DNA of 64,000 bases, taken from the NCBI GenBank assembly GCA_964436855.1, contig CAYTED010000006.1:19681-83680 (forward strand), given 5' to 3'. The translations under genes were made by a program, and so were the position numbers. Below are positions 54,789 through 63,461 of this stretch, in pieces. Position 1 is the first letter of the stretch. Every line of letters starts with the position of its first letter. The DNA is from an uncultured Bdellovibrionales bacterium (GTDB lineage: Bacteria > Patescibacteriota > Minisyncoccia > Moranbacterales > UBA1568). The notes beneath the pieces are model-generated. The model ran no database searches. It saw only the letters and a program-made list of their open reading frames with translations, and was not told where the DNA came from.

Positions 54789-55319
54789 ATGAACTTGTGG
54801 CATGAAGTTTCATCGGGAAAAAATACGCCTGAATTGATCAATGTAATTGTGGAGATTCCAAAGGGATCAAAAAACAAATACGAGATCGATAAGGAAACAG
54901 GGATGATTAAGCTTGATCGCGCGATGAAGTCCGCGCAGGACTACCCATTTGATTACGGTTTCGTTCCCCGGTCACTTTGGGAGGATGGCGATGCGCTTGA
55001 TGTTGTGCTGCTCACAACCTATCCGCTTGCCCCGGGAATTCTTGTTGAAGCGCGACCGGTTGCGGTGATGCATATGATTGATGGCGGAGAGGGTGATGAT
55101 AAAGTGATTGCCGTGCCGAAGAACGATCCGCGCTGGGAAGAGGTTGATGATTTGAGCGGAATCAACAAGCATACCGTAAAAGAAATTCAGCATTTTTTCG
55201 AGACATACAAGAGTATTGAAGGAAAGAGTGTGGAAATTACGGGAGTGGAGGGTCGCGAGGCGGCATTTGAGGCGGTCAAGAAAGGCCTTGCGATGTATCA
55301 GGAAAAATTCAATAAATGA
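54789..55319 (+). CDS. ppa: inorganic pyrophosphatase (family I)
   Basis: DYGFVPRSLWEDGDALDVVLL and the EIPKGSKNKYEID pattern. Confidence 0.9.
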   Translation: MNLWHEVSSGKNTPELINVIVEIPKGSKNKYEIDKETGMIKLDRAMKSAQDYPFDYGFVPRSLWEDGDALDVVLLTTYPLAPGILVEARPVAVMHMIDGGEGDDKVIAVPKNDPRWEEVDDLSGINKHTVKEIQHFFETYKSIEGKSVEITGVEGREAAFEAVKKGLAMYQEKFNK

Positions 55320-55398
55320 TTTATGATTTTAGATTGAGGATTTAAGAATGATTTATAAATCATACATCATAAATCTTTAATCTGTTCTGTGTGATGTT

Positions 55399-56688
55399 AT
55401 GGAAATTTCGATGAAAAAATTGCCGCAGTCGCGGGTAGAAATGAAAGTGTCTCTTCCGTGGGAGGAATGGTCGAAATATATCGACGAAGCGGTGGAACAT
55501 ATCGCGCATGAGGTAAAGGTGCCGGGGTTTCGACCGGGCCGGACGCCGAAAGCGATGCTTGAGAAGAAGGTGGGGAAGGGTATGATGCTTGCGGAGGCGG
55601 CGGAGCACGCGATTCAGCACGCGTATCCGGAAGCGCTTGAGAAGGAGAAAATCGATGCGATCGGTCGGCCGGACGTTGAACTTGAGTCGGTCAAGGAAAA
55701 CGAAGCACTTGTTTTTTCCGCGAAAACCGATATCGTGCCGGAAATCGAATTGAAAGATTGGCGAAAATCGGTGAAGAAGACGAATGAGACGTTTGCGAAA
55801 AAACCTTTTGCGGTAACAGAAGAGGAAGTGACTGCGGAGATTGATCGGTTGCGCGATATGCGATCGGAATTGGCGCCCGTTGATCGTCCGGCACAAAATG
55901 ATGATGTGCTTGAAATTGATTTTGATGTTTTTGTTGATAACGTATTGATTGACGGCGGATCGGCGAAAAATCATCCGATTGTTCTTGGGAAGAAAACATT
56001 TATTCCCGGATTTGAGGACGCACTTCTTGGTACGAAAACGGGGGAGTCGAAAGAGTTTGAACTTTCGTTTCCGAGTGAATATCACGCAAAACATCTTGCC
56101 GGCAAGCAAGCGACCTTCAAGGTGAAGGTGAATGCCGTGAAAGAGAAAAAACTTCCGGAATTGTCGGATACCTTTTCGGCTTCGGTAGGGAGTTTCAAAA
56201 CCGTACAGGAACTTACGGAGAGCGTTCGGAAGGGGCTGGAAGAAGAGGGGAAGGAAAAACTCAAAGAAGAACGGCGCGCGGCGATTCTTGATGCGCTTGT
56301 GGAATCATCGACGGTTGAGTTTCCGGTGTCGCTTGTGGAAGAAGAAAAGAAACGAATGCTTTCCGAATTCAGTCGGCAGGTTTCGATGACGGGACTCGAG
56401 TTTTCGGAGTATTTGAAACAAATGAAGAAGACTGAAGAAGAACTGGCGAAGGAATGGGAGCCGCAGGCGAAGAAACGTCTCTCTGCGGGGCTCGCGATCG
56501 AACGGGTTGCCGACGAGAATGAAATCGAAATCGAGAATGATGCCGTCGAGGCGGAGATGAATCAGGCGTTTCGGTATTTCAAAAATGTGAAGGACGCGGA
56601 AAAAAATCTCGATATGCAGGCGCTCTATCGGTCCGTGCGGAATCGATTGAGGAATGAAAAGGCGTTTGAGTTGCTTGAAAAAATGTAA
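55399..56688 (+). CDS. tig: trigger factor
   Basis: N-terminal ribosome-binding signature GFRPGRTPK, FKBP-like middle domain, 429 aa. Confidence 0.85.
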   Translation: MEISMKKLPQSRVEMKVSLPWEEWSKYIDEAVEHIAHEVKVPGFRPGRTPKAMLEKKVGKGMMLAEAAEHAIQHAYPEALEKEKIDAIGRPDVELESVKENEALVFSAKTDIVPEIELKDWRKSVKKTNETFAKKPFAVTEEEVTAEIDRLRDMRSELAPVDRPAQNDDVLEIDFDVFVDNVLIDGGSAKNHPIVLGKKTFIPGFEDALLGTKTGESKEFELSFPSEYHAKHLAGKQATFKVKVNAVKEKKLPELSDTFSASVGSFKTVQELTESVRKGLEEEGKEKLKEERRAAILDALVESSTVEFPVSLVEEEKKRMLSEFSRQVSMTGLEFSEYLKQMKKTEEELAKEWEPQAKKRLSAGLAIERVADENEIEIENDAVEAEMNQAFRYFKNVKDAEKNLDMQALYRSVRNRLRNEKAFELLEKM

Positions 56689-56689
56689 A

Positions 56690-56770
56690 ATGTAAATATC
56701 AAAATGGAAAAAGATGATTTTACATTTTACACTGTCATTTTGATTTTTGATTTTTTCATTTTTCATTCAG
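56690..56770. repeat. AT-rich quasi-palindromic element, copy 2, between tig and clpP
   Basis: aaaaaatgtaaaatgtaaatatcaaaatgg ... cattttacactgtcattttgatttttgatttt; the second arm is the reverse complement of the 53310-53345 arm. Confidence 0.55.
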
Positions 56771-56776
56771 AGGCTT

Positions 56777-57361
56777 ATGAAAAACAATTATTTAGTGCCG
56801 ATGGTGGTCGAGAAGACGAATCTCGGGGAGCGGGCATACGATATCTACTCGCGTCTCTTGAAGGACCGAATTATTTTTCTCGGTTCGCCGATCGATGACG
56901 ATGTGGCGAATGCGATTATCGCGCAGCTTCTCTTTCTTGATTCGCAAAATTCGAAGGAAGATATCAAGATGTATATCAATTCCCCGGGCGGATCGGTAAC
57001 GGCGGCGCTTGCGATGTATGACACCATGCAATATGTGAAAGCGGATGTGCAGACAATCTGTATCGGTATGGCGGCATCGGCAGCGGCACTCCTCTTGTCG
57101 TCCGGGAAAAAAGGAAAACGTTTTGCGCTTCCGAACAGTGAAGTGATGATTCATCAGGTGCTTGGCGGTGCGCAGGGGCAGGCGACGGAAATCGATATTC
57201 ACGCGCGACATATTCTGAAAACGCGCGATCGCTTGAATAAAATTCTCGCGAAGCACACGGGGCAGAAACTCGCGAAAATCGAACGCGATACGGACCGCGA
57301 TTATTTTCTGTCGGCCGAAGAAGCGCAGAAGTACGGCATTGTCGACAAGGTGATTGAGTAA
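56777..57361 (+). CDS. clpP: ATP-dependent Clp protease proteolytic subunit
   Basis: Catalytic triad context [11 protein letters not shown] (Ser), MIHQVLGG (His), plus the conserved [22 protein letters not shown] end. Confidence 0.9.
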   Translation: MKNNYLVPMVVEKTNLGERAYDIYSRLLKDRIIFLGSPIDDDVANAIIAQLLFLDSQNSKEDIKMYINSPGGSVTAALAMYDTMQYVKADVQTICIGMAASAAALLLSSGKKGKRFALPNSEVMIHQVLGGAQGQATEIDIHARHILKTRDRLNKILAKHTGQKLAKIERDTDRDYFLSAEEAQKYGIVDKVIE

Positions 57362-57396
57362 GTGCGAATAACAGATAATAGAGGATAATCAGCATG

Positions 57397-57426
57397 AAAT
57401 CCGCCCAGTTGGGCGGATTTTTTTAT
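57397..57426. terminator. bidirectional rho-independent terminator
   Basis: aaatccgccc-agtt-gggcggattttttt between clpP (+) and gpmI (-). Confidence 0.75.
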
Positions 57427-57434
57427 GGGAATTT

Positions 57435-59009
57435 TTATTCAAACAGCGGGAGGAGGGAGGTGCCGTTCATTTCGGCGGGTCTTTCAATACCCAAGAGGTC
57501 GAGAATGGTTGGTGCGACATCGGAGAGGAGTCCGCGGACTTCATTCTGTTCGCGTACCATAGTTTCCGCGTTTTTTTCTTTGTGATTGTCGGGTGTGATA
57601 AACCAGAGCGGGACGGGGTTGGTTGAGTGCTCCGTGTCCATTTCTCCGGTGGAGGGTTTGGTGAGCTCTTCGACATTCCCGTGATCGGCGGTAACAAACA
57701 TACAACCGCCTGCCTTCAGGATGGCGGGAATGAGAATGGAGAGTGTTTTATCGGTTGCTTCGACGGCTTCAATTGAGGCCTGCTCATTTCCTGTATGGCC
57801 TACCATATCGGGATTGGCGTAATTCATCAGAATGAAGTCGTAATTACTGCGCTCGATTGCCTCAATGACTGCTTCGGTAATTTTTGGAGCGCTCATTTCC
57901 GGTACTTCGTCGAAGTGTGCGACGACGGGGGATGGGATAAGCACGCGGTCTTCATCCGGAAAGGGTTTTTCTTTTCCGCCGTTGAAAAAATAAGTCACAT
58001 GGGCGTATTTTTCGGTTTCGGCGATACGAAGTTGTTTTTTTCGATTTTGCGAGAGGACTTGTCCAAGGCAGCTTTCAACGTCTTCCGGTGGGAAAGCGAT
58101 GTCGACCGGAAGATCTCGTTCGTATTCGGTCATTGTTACAAAAGAAATATCGAGAAATTTCGGTCGTTCGAATTTATCGAAACTTGGGAGGATAAATGCT
58201 TTGGTAAGTTCGCGTGCGCGGTCTTCGCGGAAGTTGTAGAAAATAACGGAATCCTTTTCGCTGATCAGTCCGATCGGGCGGCCGTTTTCGGAGACGATGC
58301 CGGGCTCGATGAATTCGTCGGTAATATTTTTTCCGTAGCTTTGTTCGAGATAGAGCGCGGGGTCGGTAATGAGCTCGCCTTTCCCTTCAACCAGCATTCG
58401 ATAGGCTTTCTCGATCCGATCCCAGTTATTATTCCGATCCATCGCCCAATTGCGACCGATAATGGTTGCGATACGCCCGACACCGGCCATTTTAATAAAT
58501 CGTTCGGTTTCTTGAAGGTGTTGAACGCCGGACGTCGGCGCGGAATCTCGACCGTCCGTGAAACAGTGAATGAAAACTTTATCCACTCCCTCCGCTTTGA
58601 TCATTCGGAGAAGTGCGAAGAGGTGGTCTTTATGGGAATGAACTGATCCCGAAGAAACGAGTCCCATAAGATGAATGGCGCTCTTTTTTTCTTTGGCGTT
58701 ATGAATCGCCTTGAGGATGGTTGGATTTTTAAAAAAACTTCCGTCTTGAATGGCGAGTCCGATGCGGGGGAGGTTTTGGTAGATCACGCGTCCGGCGCCG
58801 ATTGTCATATGGCCAACCTCGCTGTTTCCGGCAGTATTCCACGGAAGGCCGACGGAAATACCCGATGCCTGCAGTGTGGTCATCGGGTAAAAACGATTCA
58901 TTTTGTCAAAAGTGGGGAGTGAGGCTTCTCGAATCGGGTTTCCTTGAATAAAATTCGAGAGACCCCATCCGTCGAGTACTACGAGTACGATCGGTTTGTA
59001 TGTTTTCAT
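57435..59009 (-). CDS. gpmI: 2,3-bisphosphoglycerate-independent phosphoglycerate mutase
   Basis: VLVVLDGWGLS N-terminus and catalytic Ser context (SGSVHSHKDHL), 524 aa. Confidence 0.9.
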   Translation of the reverse strand: MKTYKPIVLVVLDGWGLSNFIQGNPIREASLPTFDKMNRFYPMTTLQASGISVGLPWNTAGNSEVGHMTIGAGRVIYQNLPRIGLAIQDGSFFKNPTILKAIHNAKEKKSAIHLMGLVSSGSVHSHKDHLFALLRMIKAEGVDKVFIHCFTDGRDSAPTSGVQHLQETERFIKMAGVGRIATIIGRNWAMDRNNNWDRIEKAYRMLVEGKGELITDPALYLEQSYGKNITDEFIEPGIVSENGRPIGLISEKDSVIFYNFREDRARELTKAFILPSFDKFERPKFLDISFVTMTEYERDLPVDIAFPPEDVESCLGQVLSQNRKKQLRIAETEKYAHVTYFFNGGKEKPFPDEDRVLIPSPVVAHFDEVPEMSAPKITEAVIEAIERSNYDFILMNYANPDMVGHTGNEQASIEAVEATDKTLSILIPAILKAGGCMFVTADHGNVEELTKPSTGEMDTEHSTNPVPLWFITPDNHKEKNAETMVREQNEVRGLLSDVAPTILDLLGIERPAEMNGTSLLPLFE

Positions 59010-59438
59010 TCTTTTTTTGAGAAAATCCCCCTTCTTTTCTTTATTTTACCATTGTTTTTGTCTTTGACAAAGGAATAAAAACGGACTATCATAATCGTGG
59101 AGCCTGTTCTCACGGTCTGTGTTCCGTTCGGATTCCGATTTTTTGGTCGTAAAAGATTCAGAACTCGCTTCCGCTTCAAGAAATCGGAGTTTTGCAGTAC
59201 AAGAGACTTTGGGAACAGGCTCTTATAAACAGTTTATTCTCTCTTTTCGGAAAATTGTCGTTACGGAAAGGCCTCTTCGAGTCATGAATCGGATTTTCTC
59301 TCATCATATTTTTCTTCCCTCGACTGTTATCGGTCGTTTGAAGCTTTTTTGAGACCATTCGTCGCTTTTTGACGGTTTTTCTTCGGGGTTGTCTTTATTG
59401 TATGCCCCAACCTTCTTTCGGAAAGAGACCTTATCATT

Positions 59439-60971
59439 ATGGATACGGGAATTTTTTCTTTTGGGATAGGTATGATAGCGCTCCTTTTTGGTGCGGGTAT
59501 CGGGTATTTTATTCGGCAGAGTGTTGCCAAAAATCAACTTTCGACCGCAGAGGGACGCGCGACAAAGATTGTCGAAGAGGCGGAAATCAAGGCGAGGGAA
59601 GCCATGCTTGAAGCAAAAAAACAGGCAGTTGAGATTCTTGAGAACGCAAAAAAGGAGGGAAAAGATCGTGAGGAGTCGCTTAATCGTGAATCGCGACGAC
59701 TGGAGAAACGCGAAGAGCAGATCGAAAAAATAAATGAAGAAGTGTCGATCGAAAAGAAATCACTTCTTAAAAAAGCCGAGGATATCAAGAAAATTCAAGA
59801 AGAAACCGAACGTATTCGGAAGGCAGAAGAAGAACGACTTCAGGAGATTGCCGGGCTTTCTCCGGAAGAAGCGAAAACGCAGCTCCTCTCCTTGGTGGAA
59901 GAGGAGAGTAAGGATGTTCTTGCGGAAAAAATCGCAAAACTGGAAAAAGAAGGTCGAGACGGTCTTGAGCGCCGAGCGCTTGATATTATGGCGACGGTGA
60001 TTCAAAAATTTTCTCGATCGCACGTTTCCGAGTTTACCACGACGACGATCCAGATTCCGTCCGATGAAATCAAGGGGAAAATTATCGGAAAGGAAGGACG
60101 GAATATCCGGGCGCTTGAAAAGGAAACGGGGGTCGAATTGATCGTGGATGATACGCCGGAATCGGTTGTTATTTCCGGGTTTGATCCGGTTCGGCGCGAA
60201 GTGGCGCGACTTGCGCTCGAGAAATTAATCACGGACGGGCGTATTCATCCGGCGCGTATCGAGGAGGCGGTTCTCGAAGCGAAGCAAGAAATCGATCAGA
60301 AGATAAAAGAAGCCGGCGAGGCCGCGGCTTACGAAGCCGGTGTGACCGGGCTTCATCCGAAACTGCTCTATATTCTCGGGCGACTCCGGTATCGCTACAG
60401 TTACAAGCAGAATATTCTTCTCCATTCGCTTGAAGTGTCATATATTTCCGGTGCGCTTGCGGCGGAACTTGGCGGGAATGTCGCGGTCGCGAAAAAGGCC
60501 GGTCTGATGCATGATATCGGAAAAGCGGTCGATCATGAGATTGAGGGGACGCATGTGAAAATCGGTATTCGAATTCTCGAAAAATTCGGGGTGGGGCAAG
60601 AGGTGATTGATGCGATGAAGTGTCATCATGACGAGTACCCGCATACGACGCTTGAATCGTTTATCGTTACGGCTGCGGACGCGATCTCGGCGTCTCGGCC
60701 GGGTGCGCGCAAGGAAACGGCGGAAAAATATATCAAACGAATGCAGGAACTCGAGTCGCTCGTCAATTCATTTCCGGAAGTGGAGAAGTCATATGCCATT
60801 CAGGCGGGTCGTGAAGTACGGATTTTCGTGAATCCGGAAAAAGCCGATGATTACGCCTCGCTTCGGCTTGCAAAAGATGTCGCGCAGCGTATTCAGGAAG
60901 AACTTCAATACCCGGGAGAAATAAAGGTGGTCGTGTTTCGTGAGACGAAGGCGATTGAGTACGCGCGGTGA
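59439..60971 (+). CDS. rny: ribonuclease Y
   Basis: N-terminal TM, coiled coil, KH domain (IIGKEGRNIRALEKETGVEL) and HD domain (HSLEVSYISGALAAELG...GLMHDIGKA). Confidence 0.9.
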   Translation: MDTGIFSFGIGMIALLFGAGIGYFIRQSVAKNQLSTAEGRATKIVEEAEIKAREAMLEAKKQAVEILENAKKEGKDREESLNRESRRLEKREEQIEKINEEVSIEKKSLLKKAEDIKKIQEETERIRKAEEERLQEIAGLSPEEAKTQLLSLVEEESKDVLAEKIAKLEKEGRDGLERRALDIMATVIQKFSRSHVSEFTTTTIQIPSDEIKGKIIGKEGRNIRALEKETGVELIVDDTPESVVISGFDPVRREVARLALEKLITDGRIHPARIEEAVLEAKQEIDQKIKEAGEAAAYEAGVTGLHPKLLYILGRLRYRYSYKQNILLHSLEVSYISGALAAELGGNVAVAKKAGLMHDIGKAVDHEIEGTHVKIGIRILEKFGVGQEVIDAMKCHHDEYPHTTLESFIVTAADAISASRPGARKETAEKYIKRMQELESLVNSFPEVEKSYAIQAGREVRIFVNPEKADDYASLRLAKDVAQRIQEELQYPGEIKVVVFRETKAIEYAR

Positions 60972-61261
60972 GGTGAGGAAGGGGTCTTCTTTAAATGAAC
61001 TTTCTGCCGCCGTTTGACTTCCAGCGAAGTCAAACTGACGTTCATTGAATTAAATTTATAAAGGAACTTTTCAAAAGAAACAAGAGAATGAGAAAACTCG
61101 CATCAAAAATTCCTCAAAGGAATGTATTGGTGTTATAAAATAAGAGAAGGGATTTGCCTTGTTTTCGCGGAAAGTTTACAATACTCGAGAGGAGGTAAGA
61201 AAATATCATCGATGTTTTGCCCCTCCGGCGAATATCGAAACTAGAAAGCGGGGTGGGTACA

Positions 61262-61546
61262 ATGGCAAAAAATATCAACAAAGACACGCTCGTTCACTCG
61301 ATCGTCGGCAAGACCGATCTTTCGAAGAAAGACGTGGAAGCGGTGCTTGAATCGTTTATCGATGTGGTAACCGCCGAGCTTCGCTCGGGAAACAAAGTGA
61401 CGATGACCGGTTTCGGTACATTCCGTGTTTCCAAGCGTGCGGCTCGCGAGGGTATCAATCCGCAGACCAAGGCAAAGATTATGATTCCAGCGATGACCGT
61501 TCCAAAGTTTACAGCCGGAAAAACGCTCAAGGAGGCTGTTAAATAG
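61262..61546 (+). CDS. HU/IHF-family DNA-binding protein
   Basis: MAKNINKDTLVHSIV...GFGTFRVSKRAAREGINPQTKAKIMIPAMTVPKFTAGKTLKEAV. Confidence 0.85.
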   Translation: MAKNINKDTLVHSIVGKTDLSKKDVEAVLESFIDVVTAELRSGNKVTMTGFGTFRVSKRAAREGINPQTKAKIMIPAMTVPKFTAGKTLKEAVK

Positions 61547-61612
61547 TTTTCGTGATTCCGTGTATGATAACGGAGTAAATGAATCCGCTTTGGCGGAAAA
61601 AAGATAGGGTAG

Positions 61613-61651
61613 TATCCCGCCAACCGAAAGGAGAGCGGGATATTGCTTTTT
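61613..61651 (+). terminator. rho-independent terminator
   Basis: tatcccgc-caaccgaaaggaga-gcgggata followed by ttgcttttt. Confidence 0.65.
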
Positions 61652-61685
61652 CTAAGCGGTAAACGTACACTGTGGAGGTACATTT

Positions 61686-61756
61686 CGGGGCATAGTATAG
61701 TGGTAGTACGAGTGGTTTGGGACCATTTAGTCTCGGTTCGATTCCGAGTGCCCCGA
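61686..61756 (+). tRNA. tRNA-Pro (anticodon UGG), no encoded CCA
   Basis: Manual fold: acceptor CGGGGCA/TGCCCCG, anticodon stem AGTGG/CCATT (one G-U) with loop TTTGGGA, T-arm CTCGG-TTCGATT-CCGAG, discriminator A. Confidence 0.75.
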
Positions 61757-61840
61757 CAGCATTTAAAGTCTCGGTTACCCGCCTACAGTTCCACTGAAGC
61801 GGAACAGTATGGCGGGCGGGGATTCCGAGTGCCCCGACAG
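61757..61840 (+). repeat. partial second copy of the tRNA-Pro 3' half with a 45-nt hairpin inserted in the T-loop
   Basis: agtctcggtt + acccgcctacagttccactgaagcggaacagtatggcgggcgg + ggattccgagtgccccgacag. The last 20 nt exactly repeat 61740-61759. Confidence 0.65.
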
Positions 61841-61875
61841 AATTTTTGGTGTACCGCGTTTATGGATGGGAAGTT

Positions 61876-62892
61876 ATGAAAAAAGTCGTGACGATCGGTG
61901 GTGGAACGGGGAGCTTTATGCTTCTTTCGGGATTGAAAAAATATCCGATTGAACTTTCGGCCATTGTGTCGATGGCGGATGATGGCGGGTCGACCGGGGT
62001 TTTACGCGATGAGCTTGGCGTGCTTCCGCCGGGCGATGTGAGGCAGTGTCTTGCGGCGCTTTCGGATTCGTCGGAGATGCTTCGGAAACTGATGAATTAT
62101 CGATTTGAGGAGGGTGGGCTTGCGGGGCATAGTTTCGGCAATCTTCTTCTTTCGGCGCTTGAGAAAATTTCCGGAGGATTCGGGCGCGGTGTACTGGAAG
62201 CGTCGAAAATTTTGAATGTGAAGGGAGAAGTCATCCCGGTTACGGAAACGGATACCAAGATTTTTATGGAATTAAGAAATGGGAAGCTTCTTCGGGGTGA
62301 ACACGAAATCAATACGAGTGCCCGCGTGGAAAAAGTTGGCGTGAAGCGGGTGTTTTTTGATCCGAAACCAAGAGTAAATTCGCTCGCGGTGAAACGCATT
62401 CTCGAGGCCGATTTGATTGTGATCGGTCCGGGAAATCATTACTGCAGTATTGTTCCGAATTTACTTGTTCCGGGCATCGCGGAGGCGATCGTGAAATCGA
62501 AGGGGAAAATCGTCTACAACTGTAACTTGGTGAATAAAACGGGGCATACGGACAACTTTACGCTTGAAGACTATGTTACGGCAATCGAATCGTTTCTCAA
62601 AAAACGAACACTCGATTATGTAACCTTCAATACGAAAGCCCCCTCGCGTTCGCTTCTTCAAAAATACGCCGAGAAGGAAGAATCTCTCGTTTTGTTTAAA
62701 AATCACTCGACTCGCTCGTACCGTGTGATTCGTGCAAATCTCCTCTCGACCAAGCCGGTTCGTCTGGGGCGAGGTGATACGTTTCCGGTTGTTCGCGGTT
62801 TTATTCGGCATGACGGGGAAAAGCTTGCCAAAGTGCTTCTTATGCTTCTTGAACTTTCGGAATATGAGAGTATCCTGAAGAATATGGAATAA
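61876..62892 (+). CDS. YvcK/CofD-like (UPF0052, gluconeogenesis factor family) protein
   Basis: VVTIGGGTGSFMLLSGLK...SMADDGGSTGVLRDELGVLPPGDVRQCLAAL. Confidence 0.8.
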   Translation: MKKVVTIGGGTGSFMLLSGLKKYPIELSAIVSMADDGGSTGVLRDELGVLPPGDVRQCLAALSDSSEMLRKLMNYRFEEGGLAGHSFGNLLLSALEKISGGFGRGVLEASKILNVKGEVIPVTETDTKIFMELRNGKLLRGEHEINTSARVEKVGVKRVFFDPKPRVNSLAVKRILEADLIVIGPGNHYCSIVPNLLVPGIAEAIVKSKGKIVYNCNLVNKTGHTDNFTLEDYVTAIESFLKKRTLDYVTFNTKAPSRSLLQKYAEKEESLVLFKNHSTRSYRVIRANLLSTKPVRLGRGDTFPVVRGFIRHDGEKLAKVLLMLLELSEYESILKNME

Positions 62893-62952
62893 TTTTTTTG
62901 AATCATACTTATGGAATAACAGTCAAACTTACTTCATATTTTTGAGGAAGTT

Positions 62953-63369
62953 TTGCAAGAAAAATTTCCTTCCGAACAAATTTTTTCAAACTCTCTTGAG
63001 TCTGATGCTGAAAAAGATGAAGCGTCGAATATGAGAGTGTACAGGGAGGTATACCGGGATCACTCGTATCATTTTTTTACCGAGGAACTTGCCGGGGCTT
63101 TGAAACAAGAGCCGAAATCGGAGGGGTATGATGTGAGTGAATTTGCTACGAAGATTGAGCGTTCGGTGAGGTTGCGGATGTACAATGAGTTAGGCATTAA
63201 TGAAGACCAAAGTAAAATGAAGTCTTTTTTGGAGGCAGATCTTGTTTCGTCGAGAGCGCTTCTTTTGGAAAAATTTCAAGATGGAGAGGTGATTCAGGCA
63301 ATGCGGGACGAGCTTTTCAAAAAGTTGCCATCTCGATTTCAGCAAGAGGGAATGATGAAAAATCGCTAG
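62953..63369 (+). CDS. hypothetical protein
   Basis: 138-aa acidic ORF; no recognisable domain. Confidence 0.35.
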   Translation: MQEKFPSEQIFSNSLESDAEKDEASNMRVYREVYRDHSYHFFTEELAGALKQEPKSEGYDVSEFATKIERSVRLRMYNELGINEDQSKMKSFLEADLVSSRALLLEKFQDGEVIQAMRDELFKKLPSRFQQEGMMKNR

Positions 63370-63461
63370 AGTATTTTTGAATTTTTCATTTTTGTATGGT
63401 TCTTTGACCCTTTTTTAAGCCACGCGTATAATAAAGGAAAGTAATTTTTTGGCGAAAAGAT

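Noticed and set aside
57795-58646. 283-aa + strand ORF inside gpmI; likewise 30831-31898 (355 aa, -) inside virB4 and 37306-38251 ORFs inside cca
   Set aside because: Antisense to well-supported genes. Biased composition with no motifs.
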